Origin: Promethearchaeota archaeon
Lineage (GTDB): Archaea > Asgardarchaeota > Lokiarchaeia > Sigyniarchaeales > SOKP01
DNA length: 34,410 nt
Direction: 5' to 3'
Assembly: GCA_048941285.1 (NCBI GenBank)
Contig: JBHLNS010000027.1
Location: 12,211 to 46,620, forward strand
Part shown: piece after piece, positions 1-7,463 of the stretch
Position numbering within the stretch: the stretch's first letter is position 1
How the letters are laid out: every line of letters begins with the position of its first letter
The notes under the pieces: generated by a model
Seen by the model: only the letters and a program-made list of their open reading frames with translations
Database searches by the model: none
Told to the model about the DNA's origin: nothing
Program-made: the position numbers and the translations under genes

Positions 1-776
1 ATATTGCCACCCATACACATTGCTATCATCGTTGTTCTGAGACAATATCGCCCAATAGTCACAACCTGCCATGTAGAACCTTTTGGAAGTAAATCAATCA
101 TATTTAACAGATTTTTAACTGAAGCTGGAGCTCCACCTTTAATCCCTAAAACAATACTAAAGTGTAGTTTTTCATGTGGATCAAATACTCCCATATCAAT
201 CAATTCCATTATATTTGCCATGTGGCTTGTATCATAAACTTCAATTTCAATACCAGCCCCAATCCTCTTACACCCCTCTACATATTTTTTGTTAAATCCT
301 ATAGGATTATTAAAAATTGAGGATGTTTCCATTCCTCTCATATTAGTTCTAAACTCAAAAGTACCAGCGTTTATAGTGAACATCTCGGGTTGAGGAACTA
401 TATTTAACAAATTTAGTCTCTCTTCTAAAGTTGCCATTTTAAGAGCTTGGCCATATCTTTTTCCTGATTTACTTACTTTAACTCCATATTCCAGCCGAGC
501 ACCGATTCCATTACCAATTTGAGTTATTATTGGACATCTTTCTTTGATTAGCCGCACAGTTTTGTTATAAACATTAAGATCTGCTGTTGCTAAGCCATCT
601 TCACCTCGAACATGAATATGACATACTGTAGCGCCAGCATTATAACATTCTAATGCATCTTTGGCTTGTTCTTCGGGTGTAATAGGAAGGTTAGGATTTG
701 ACCACTTTCCGTGAGCTCCTCCTGTAATAGCAGCGGTTATTATTACTTTATCTTCAGATAATAAATTTGGCTTCAT
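1..776 (-). CDS. 3-keto-5-aminohexanoate cleavage enzyme family protein (BKACE/DUF849), 3' end outside window
   Basis: Absent from the ORF track because its stop lies beyond the window. Manual translation from ATG 776: MKPNLLSEDKVIITAAITGGAHGKWSNPNLPITPEEQAKDALECYNAGATVCHIHVR...PEMFTINAGT...IEIEVYD...HFSIVLGIKGG...LPKGSTWQV...MGGNI. The HxH Zn motif and the PITPEE and GGN motifs are typical of BKACE. Confidence 0.92.
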   Translation of the reverse strand, partial: MKPNLLSEDKVIITAAITGGAHGKWSNPNLPITPEEQAKDALECYNAGATVCHIHVRGEDGLATADLNVYNKTVRLIKERCPIITQIGNGIGARLEYGVKVSKSGKRYGQALKMATLEERLNLLNIVPQPEMFTINAGTFEFRTNMRGMETSSIFNNPIGFNKKYVEGCKRIGAGIEIEVYDTSHMANIMELIDMGVFDPHEKLHFSIVLGIKGGAPASVKNLLNMIDLLPKGSTWQVVTIGRYCLRTTMIAMCMGGN

Positions 777-932
777 AATTATCTTAATCTATTTAAATTA
801 TTTAGTTTTAAATTGTAAAATGTTTTTATTATGATTTTATAATTTTTTTTTTCATATAACCCTCATGTATTAATTTATTACTAATTTGTCGAATATTAGG
901 GATTGAAAAATCAGGTTTTTCTAATTTTAATG

Positions 933-1781
933 TCATTTTTTTTTTTCTTTTTTCCATACGTAAAACCCTTTGCCAGATTTCATTCCTAGATCTCCATTCT
1001 CAACCATCTCTTTCAGAGCCTCAGGAGGTTTATCTCTAGGATCCCCACTTTCATTGTAATAACTCATTTGAACTGAGTAGACTGTATCTAACCCAATACC
1101 ATCCATAAGATTGAAAGGTCCCATTTTCATTCCTGTAAAAATTTTCCATGCTAAATCTATAGTTTCGATATCAGCGTAACCTCCTGCCCAAAGATTTAAT
1201 GCCTCTCGTCTTGCAGCATGCCACATTCTATTAAATACAAATCCATGAGATTCTCTTTTCAATATGATAGGGTGACAACCAATACTTTTTACCCATTTTA
1301 TTCCATTTTCAAATGTTTCATCGCTTGTTTTAGTACCTCGCATAATGTCCGCCATTGGGCGTGTAGGAATTGGGGGATAGAAGTGAATATTTAAGATATT
1401 TTCTTTTTTATCTACAGCTTCTTCAATTTTAGAAACTGGAATTGAGGAGCTATTTGTAGCAATTATAGCATTTTTTGGAGCACTCTGCTCAATCTGGGAA
1501 AAAATTTTTTTTTTTAATTGAATATTCTCAGGTATTGCTTCAATAACTAAATTAGCTTCTTTAACTGCATCTTCAATTTTATTGTAATAATGAACATTAT
1601 TAATTAGTTCAGGCTTTTTATTTCTTTTTAACACTCCGTTTATGTACTTTTTCGCTTCTTCCAATATTTCCAAATTTATATCAAAAATATTTATTTTATA
1701 ATTGTATAAAGCTGTGGTTGCTGCTATTTGTTTTCCCGTGAATCCAGCACCGATTACCGAAACAAATTTAATTTCTGTCAT
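933..1781 (-). CDS. 3-hydroxyacyl-CoA dehydrogenase family protein
   Basis: VIGAGFTG Rossmann motif, VIEAIPE, ATNSSS, catalytic His in HFYPP, GFVFNR, MGPF..MD.IGLD, G.LGMKSGKGFY. Confidence 0.9.
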   Translation of the reverse strand: MTEIKFVSVIGAGFTGKQIAATTALYNYKINIFDINLEILEEAKKYINGVLKRNKKPELINNVHYYNKIEDAVKEANLVIEAIPENIQLKKKIFSQIEQSAPKNAIIATNSSSIPVSKIEEAVDKKENILNIHFYPPIPTRPMADIMRGTKTSDETFENGIKWVKSIGCHPIILKRESHGFVFNRMWHAARREALNLWAGGYADIETIDLAWKIFTGMKMGPFNLMDGIGLDTVYSVQMSYYNESGDPRDKPPEALKEMVENGDLGMKSGKGFYVWKKEKKK

Positions 1782-1882
1782 TTTATCATGTTTTCACAAT
1801 TATTACCTTAATGTAGAGATATTATCAATAAAATAAGAATATTCATAAATACTATTTAAACAGTGAAATATTTCAAATAATC

Positions 1883-2569
1883 ATGAAATTAAAGATTTCT
1901 AGAGAAATTCTTGATTTCCTTATAATCCATTTGATTTTTGTAGTAATATGTGTTGCCATCTTATTGATTCCTATTTCTAATTATATAGGAATTAAATTAT
2001 TCATCTTGATTTTAATCTATAATATATTATTACCTACTTATGGCTATTTACGAGGTTATTCTGAATGGATAAATATTTGGTTATTTGCCCTTCTAGTTAG
2101 CTTATTTCAAATATGGCCAGATTGGTTTTTATCTTCTGAACTTAACATATTGGTATTCCCGGAAGATGGTTTTATCAAGATTGGAACAGTATCTTTATAT
2201 ATGACTGGTTTATGGACCATACCCTTATTTCTGATTATTTTTACAGGATTAAAAATTCAAGAACGATATTCAAAAACTATAACTTATTCTATTGTTGGAA
2301 TTATATCACTTCTAATTTTTGGACTCGCTGAACAGACTTTGTGGATTCTACAATCTTGGTATGCTCAAAATGTATTTATGATAGGGCATCTAGCATTATA
2401 TATTATAATTCCAGAGATTATGCTAGGTATTTCAACATATTATAGTTTTTTATTAATTCGAGAGAAAAAGCACTTATTCAAGATTCCAGTTACTTTCGTA
2501 ATAATGATATTATATCTAGGAAACGCTGTATTTTTCTACTTTTTATTTGATCAGATTTTACTCCCTTAA
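1883..2569 (+). CDS. Multi-pass membrane protein, hypothetical
   Basis: 228 aa ORF with about 7 hydrophobic segments and conserved-looking PDWFLS and GLWTIP motifs. Confidence 0.75.
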   Translation: MKLKISREILDFLIIHLIFVVICVAILLIPISNYIGIKLFILILIYNILLPTYGYLRGYSEWINIWLFALLVSLFQIWPDWFLSSELNILVFPEDGFIKIGTVSLYMTGLWTIPLFLIIFTGLKIQERYSKTITYSIVGIISLLIFGLAEQTLWILQSWYAQNVFMIGHLALYIIIPEIMLGISTYYSFLLIREKKHLFKIPVTFVIMILYLGNAVFFYFLFDQILLP

Positions 2570-2670
2570 CGAAAATATATTTCTTCGGCGTAAAAGCATT
2601 AAAATATAACCTTTTTAAAGTTAGAAGATAATAATTAATTATATATATTTTAATTAGGAGATGTAAAAAT

Positions 2671-2904
2671 TTGACTATATGCTTTGTTTTAATGAACACT
2701 CAAGCAGGGTTTGTTGAATCTGTTGTTCATGGTTTACAAAAAATAGAAGAAGTTAAGGAAGTTTACCCTGTTACAGGTGGTATTGATATAATTATAAAAG
2801 TAGAAGGACAAGATGTTGAAACCATTGCCAAAACAATTCTAGCGAAGATTCACAGTATTGAAGGAGTTTCTCGTACAGAAACTCATATTGTTGTCCCCCT
2901 CTAA
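2671..2904 (+). CDS. Stand-alone Lrp/AsnC ligand-binding (RAM) domain protein
   Basis: FVLMN...V.EVYPVTGGIDIIIKVE...I.SIEGVSRTETHIV pattern; TTG start preceded by AGGAG. Confidence 0.88.
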   Translation: MTICFVLMNTQAGFVESVVHGLQKIEEVKEVYPVTGGIDIIIKVEGQDVETIAKTILAKIHSIEGVSRTETHIVVPL

Positions 2905-2906
2905 AT

Positions 2907-3482
2907 TTAAAAAATTTTAAGGATAATACTATCTATAGCACGTTTTGGTACGTGCATTTGACCATAATTGTCTTTCCAATAGTTAAAGGAATCTTTATAA
3001 GTTTCTATTACTGATTCTTCATCTGGATATCCTAAACTAATAACATGTTTAATATCATAATATTTAGGTATTTCTAGCAACTTTCTAATTTTTTCTCTTT
3101 TAATAGAGCCCATCCAACAACTTCCTATGCCAAAATTAACAGCGCCCAATAAAATATTTTCAACAGCAGCACCAACATCAAAATCTACATATGAATTTTT
3201 TATTTTAGTGTTTATTAAGACAATAATATAAGCAGTGGGTTCTCTTCCTTTTTCAGGAGCTCTTTGATCTTCTGGAAGCGAGCTTGCCCAATTTACCAAA
3301 GGAAATAACTTTTCTCTAATTTCTGAATTATGAACGATTATAAACTCGAGCGCTTGAACATTTCTAGCCATAGGAGCTACTCTAGCAAAATCTATCAATT
3401 TTTTTAAAGTTTCTAGAGCAATAGAATCCTTTTTGAACCTTCTAATTGTTCTTCTTCTATATATTATTTCCTCAAAATCCAT
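2907..3482 (-). CDS. Nitroreductase family protein
   Basis: RRRTIRRF, AP.A.N.Q..EFIIV, DVGAAVENILLGA...GIGSCW, ISLGYP, PKR. Confidence 0.92.
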   Translation of the reverse strand: MDFEEIIYRRRTIRRFKKDSIALETLKKLIDFARVAPMARNVQALEFIIVHNSEIREKLFPLVNWASSLPEDQRAPEKGREPTAYIIVLINTKIKNSYVDFDVGAAVENILLGAVNFGIGSCWMGSIKREKIRKLLEIPKYYDIKHVISLGYPDEESVIETYKDSFNYWKDNYGQMHVPKRAIDSIILKIF

Positions 3483-3502
3483 TTTCCAAATATTATATTT
3501 AA

Positions 3503-4543
3503 TTATTGTCTAGATCTAACTAATGTTTCAGTTAATTTAAAGAAAATTTCTTCAACATTTTTTCCCGTTACAGCTGATGTTTCTACATATTCCAAATTAA
3601 GTTGTCGTGCAACTGAGGTTGATTCTCCAAAATCAATCTTTCTTTTATTAACTAAATCTTCTTTATTCCCTAAAATAAAGCCAATTAATTCATCTTTACC
3701 TGAAACTATATTTCTTTTAATATCTTTATGCCAATTCGCAATACTTTCAAATGATTTACGATTTGTTAGGTCGAATATTAAAATTACCGCTTCTGCTCCT
3801 TTATAGAAGTGTCGACGCATAGCTTGAAATTTTATTTGGCCGGCAATGTCCCACAGGATAAGTTTAATTTTCAATTTATCTATTTCAATATTTTTTTCAG
3901 AAATATTAACACCTAGAGTAGGAATATATGTCCTTGTAAATGCATCATCAGTAAATCTCAAAATAGTTGAAGTTTTCCCTACTCCAGGATCTCCACAAAC
4001 CACTATTTTAAAGTTGTAGACAATTTTTTCTCCTTCTTGAACATCTTCTTGAGGAAAAGCTTCCAAATCTAATAATTTTTCTTCTTTTTTTAAATCATTT
4101 AATATTTCTGAGAGATTAAGATGAAGTTTATTAATTTCGTAAAAAATTTCATCAGTACTTGCTAAATTAAGTTTTAATTCTATAATTTTTTTTGCACTCT
4201 CATCAAAAGCTGTCTCAAGATAGTCTATATATTTATAAAAAATAAGATCATCTGCTTCATTGAATAATATAGTTATTGTTGATAATGCCATCCCTCCTTT
4301 AAACCTATCTGCTTCTCGTTCTATATATTTTACAATTCCTTTTAAATTAAATGAAGGAAAGGGCAATATTATAGCAGATTTAGGTACAATACCCTGATCT
4401 GTCGTTAATATAGTAATCGATTTAATAGCAACTGACATCCGAAGTTTCTCTGGCAAATCAAGAGGATTCCAAAGCACTGGATTTGGTCCAGATCCTTCGT
4501 TGAGTTCTGTGTAAACAATGGCTTTAATTATCTCATCAGACAT
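3503..4543 (-). CDS. uDENN/longin domain fused to Rab-like small GTPase (paralog A)
   Basis: C-terminal GTPase: GDPGVGKTS, YIPTLG, WDIAGQ, FYKGA, GNKED, ETSA. The N-terminal ~150 aa has the 'GPNP..W.P' and 'ILPFP' motifs shared with three other ORFs here. No C-terminal Cys prenylation motif. Confidence 0.9.
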   Translation of the reverse strand: MSDEIIKAIVYTELNEGSGPNPVLWNPLDLPEKLRMSVAIKSITILTTDQGIVPKSAIILPFPSFNLKGIVKYIEREADRFKGGMALSTITILFNEADDLIFYKYIDYLETAFDESAKKIIELKLNLASTDEIFYEINKLHLNLSEILNDLKKEEKLLDLEAFPQEDVQEGEKIVYNFKIVVCGDPGVGKTSTILRFTDDAFTRTYIPTLGVNISEKNIEIDKLKIKLILWDIAGQIKFQAMRRHFYKGAEAVILIFDLTNRKSFESIANWHKDIKRNIVSGKDELIGFILGNKEDLVNKRKIDFGESTSVARQLNLEYVETSAVTGKNVEEIFFKLTETLVRSRQ

Positions 4544-4651
4544 TATATTAAAAAAATTATCTATTTAATACGACAACTCCTTACTAAATAAATAAAGTTA
4601 AAATTATTAAAAATTTGTAAATTTAATTGTTTTCATACTTATAATATTAAA

Positions 4652-4675
4652 TTCGTGAAACTGAACTTTCACGAA
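4652..4675. promoter_or_regulatory. Perfect 9-bp inverted repeat, candidate operator or hairpin
   Basis: TTCGTGAAA-ctgaac-TTTCACGAA in the 417-bp gap between the two Rab-like genes, about 110 bp upstream of the ATG at 4543. Confidence 0.4.
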
Positions 4676-4960
4676 GATAATACTTCTTTAATTATATTTT
4701 TGAGTTTATAAATTTTGCTCGATCCTCTTGATTTGAAATTATAAGTATTTACGGGTATTTTAGCTATCTTATCATTGAAAAATATATAATTGGACAAATT
4801 CTTGCAATAAATCATTTATCTCTTCTCAAAGAAATGACATTTAGAATTTTTACATAAATATCTCTTAATAATTATATAATTTTATTATTAATTACCGTAC
4901 ACAGAATAGAAGTAGTTATATAAAAAAATAATTTATATTTTAAAATAGAAGCATAGAACA

Positions 4961-6016
4961 TTACATTCGAGACTTATATAATAGATTAGCAATGGTGGTG
5001 AATGCTTCATCGACGTTTTCACCAAGTAACGCGGAAGTTTCAATAAATCCTAATTCTAATTCACTAGCTAATTTATCAATACTATCAATTGATATTTTTC
5101 TGTCTTCTGTTAAATCCTTTTTATTTCCAATAATATAACCCAGCAATTCTTCTCTACGGTCTTTTAACTGTTCTATCACGTCTGAGTACCACTTCGGAAT
5201 ATTATTAAACGTCTCAGTTCTAGTGAGATCACAAACTAAAAATACCGCATCAGAACCTCTATAAAATTGTTGCCTCATTGTTTGAAATTTTTGCTGACCT
5301 CCAATATCCCATAGAGTTAATTGGATAACTATATCGTCGATCTTGAAAATTTTATCGCTCACCATTACTCCTAAGGTAGGTACGTAATTTCTCCTAAATG
5401 CATTATCAGTATATCTTAAAATTAATGAAGTCTTGCCGACATTTGGATCTCCAACAATTATAATTTTAAATTGATAGTCTATTAAACTTCTATCTTTTAT
5501 TTTTTGCGCAGGAAATGCTTCACTTTCCTGTTGAGTAATTTCTTGCTGTTTTAACTCTTCTAAAAGAGTTTGTACATTAAATTCAAGGTGCTCTATTACT
5601 CCAATAAATTCTTCCCTAGATGCTTTTGACTTTTCTAAATTTATAATTGTTGGAGAAAGATTATTAAAAGGAATAGAAAGTTCATTGATGTATTTATAGA
5701 AAATTACATCATCATTTTCTTGAAATAACAAAACGAGAGCAGATTGACCAATTCCACCGCGCCTAGATTCATCATTCCATTTGATATATTTAATTAATCC
5801 CTTTAAATTCATTGAAGTAAATGGAAGTATTACTAATGACTCTGGAATAAGACCCTGCTCTCCAGTTAAAACAGTTAAGGCTTTTATGCATATATGCATG
5901 AGTTCCATTTGAGATAGCTTAGAAGGTAGCCATGCGACTGGATTTGGTCCAATTTCATCATTCATTTCGATGTAGGCAATACCCTTTATAATCTGTTGCT
6001 TCATAATCGCAGACAA
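4961..6016 (-). CDS. uDENN/longin domain fused to Rab-like small GTPase (paralog B)
   Basis: GDPNVGKTS, YVPTLG, WDIGGQ, FYRGS, GNKKD, ETSA. Collinear with 3503..4543 over its whole length. TTG start at 6016 or ATG at 6004. Confidence 0.9.
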   Translation of the reverse strand: MSAIMKQQIIKGIAYIEMNDEIGPNPVAWLPSKLSQMELMHICIKALTVLTGEQGLIPESLVILPFTSMNLKGLIKYIKWNDESRRGGIGQSALVLLFQENDDVIFYKYINELSIPFNNLSPTIINLEKSKASREEFIGVIEHLEFNVQTLLEELKQQEITQQESEAFPAQKIKDRSLIDYQFKIIIVGDPNVGKTSLILRYTDNAFRRNYVPTLGVMVSDKIFKIDDIVIQLTLWDIGGQQKFQTMRQQFYRGSDAVFLVCDLTRTETFNNIPKWYSDVIEQLKDRREELLGYIIGNKKDLTEDRKISIDSIDKLASELELGFIETSALLGENVDEAFTTIANLLYKSRM

Positions 6017-6107
6017 TTTTACTTGATGAAGATATAATATGTTAATAAACTCTAAATTATTCGCTTTTAACTAATAATATAATCTTTATATATAAAAATA
6101 ATTACTG

Positions 6108-6118
6108 AAAAAAAAAAA
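6108..6118 (-). terminator. Oligo-T tract, candidate archaeal terminator
   Basis: T11 on the minus strand, 6 nt after the stop of the 7TM gene. Confidence 0.4.
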
Positions 6119-6124
6119 TTTAGG

Positions 6125-6835
6125 TTATGTTTTTAATCCTAAATACATTAACCAGAAACTACTTAAGTAACCAATTCTCACGATAATTACTGTTAAACCA
6201 GGAACAGTTAATCCCTCTAATAATCCAAAAACACAAAAACATAGAGAACCAGCCGAAAGGTATAGAAAATTCTTACGTATGGCACCAGAAGATTGAAAAG
6301 CTTTATATATAAATCCTATTCCTAAGAAAATTATAACTGATACTAATAACCCTCCCATTAAGTATCCTGCTAGAGTGAATAGATTTACATTATAATCGAT
6401 TAAATTTTCTGTAATGGGTGTAAGTGCGGGGGGGTTGAAATTAAAAGACTCTAAGGGATTTAGAAAAACAATAACCTCAAAGAAAATTGAGATAACTATG
6501 AAAATAATAACAATGTATATTTTTATTTTAGGTGTTAATAATTCTGCGCCTATAAACATTGCAGTTACTATTACTGGAGCAAACCAAATATATGATAATA
6601 TAGCTACGATCCCATTATTAGGCATATTTTGTTGCAGTATAAGAACAGAAAGAAAATCTAAAAAAACACCTAAAAACATTAAACCAGCAAGCATGTTTGC
6701 TAAACCTAAATAAGCAAGTAGCTTGGCATCCGTTTTTCTTGATCTATATAAAAAAAAAGAGCCAAATATTATACCAAATATCACCACTCCCGAAGCAGTA
6801 ATTCCATCAATCCAACCATTTATATGTGTAATCAA
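6125..6835 (-). CDS. Seven-transmembrane protein without output domain (Asgard 7TM / HisKA_7TM-like)
   Basis: Seven hydrophobic helices with basic short loops (RSRK, RKNF) and an extended loop between TM4 and TM5; TTG start. Confidence 0.72.
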   Translation of the reverse strand: MITHINGWIDGITASGVVIFGIIFGSFFLYRSRKTDAKLLAYLGLANMLAGLMFLGVFLDFLSVLILQQNMPNNGIVAILSYIWFAPVIVTAMFIGAELLTPKIKIYIVIIFIVISIFFEVIVFLNPLESFNFNPPALTPITENLIDYNVNLFTLAGYLMGGLLVSVIIFLGIGFIYKAFQSSGAIRKNFLYLSAGSLCFCVFGLLEGLTVPGLTVIIVRIGYLSSFWLMYLGLKT

Positions 6836-6932
6836 TTTTAAATTTCATCCCATTTTTTTTAATATACCCAAAATTGATTTATTATTTTTAAGATATAATA
6901 TAGTGATTTATTTTAATAAATCCTAGTGATAA

Positions 6933-7006
6933 TGGGAAAAGGGGGATTTGAACCCCCGACCTCTTGGTCCCGGACCAAGAATCATACCAAGCTAGACTAT
7001 CTTCCC
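6933..7006 (-). tRNA. tRNA-Pro(CGG), intronless, no encoded CCA
   Basis: GGGAAGA-TA-GTCTAGCTTGGTATGAT-T-CTTGG-TCCGGGA-CCAAG-AGGTC-GGGGG-TTCAAAT-CCCCC-TTTTCCC-A folds as a complete cloverleaf. Anticodon CGG at 6972-6970, G37, discriminator A. Confidence 0.93.
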
Positions 7007-7093
7007 TTCTTAAGTAAAATAAAAGATAGAAGAAATTTTGCCTTTTTCAAGGACAGGTAAATGTATAACATTCAAATATTTAAAATATTAAAT

Positions 7094-7369
7094 TTAATCT
7101 TTAACTTTCTCAAGTATAGACATAATTCTGTAGACAGTAGTGCGGCAATGAAAGGGGACGTTTGGATCTTGAGAAACATCATCAATAAAGTACATCACAT
7201 TGCTGGCAAGGACTCCCGGAGTTTCATCTTCCCTGTGTAATTCATTGATGCCTCTTTGCGCTATCCTTTTGATATTACGGGGCACACTACGGTCATTTAT
7301 CATTCCATTTAAAAGATATTCAACATTTTCAAAGGCTTGTTTTTCTTCATCAGTTAGTGCCCTTGGCAT
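7094..7369 (-). CDS. UPF0147 family protein
   Basis: I.NDRSVPRNIKR.A and D.VSQDPNVPFHCRT.VY.IMS.LE motifs. Start reassigned to ATG 7369 (MPRALT), which is preceded by GGTGA. Confidence 0.9.
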   Translation of the reverse strand: MPRALTDEEKQAFENVEYLLNGMINDRSVPRNIKRIAQRGINELHREDETPGVLASNVMYFIDDVSQDPNVPFHCRTTVYRIMSILEKVKD

Positions 7370-7463
7370 TAATAGTTTCACCAAAAGAAGTGTATGTGAT
7401 AAATAAGAAATATAAGAGGTAAAATTTTTTTTAAAATATAATTTTTTTGATTTTAACAAACAC

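Noticed and set aside
4-237. 77-aa plus-strand ORF
   Set aside because: Antisense shadow of the BKACE gene on the minus strand.
2490-2699. 69-aa minus-strand ORF
   Set aside because: Spans AT-rich intergenic DNA and overlaps two real genes.
6900-7090. tRNA as an integration site or island boundary
   Set aside because: No integrase and no duplicated tRNA 3' end seen in the window.
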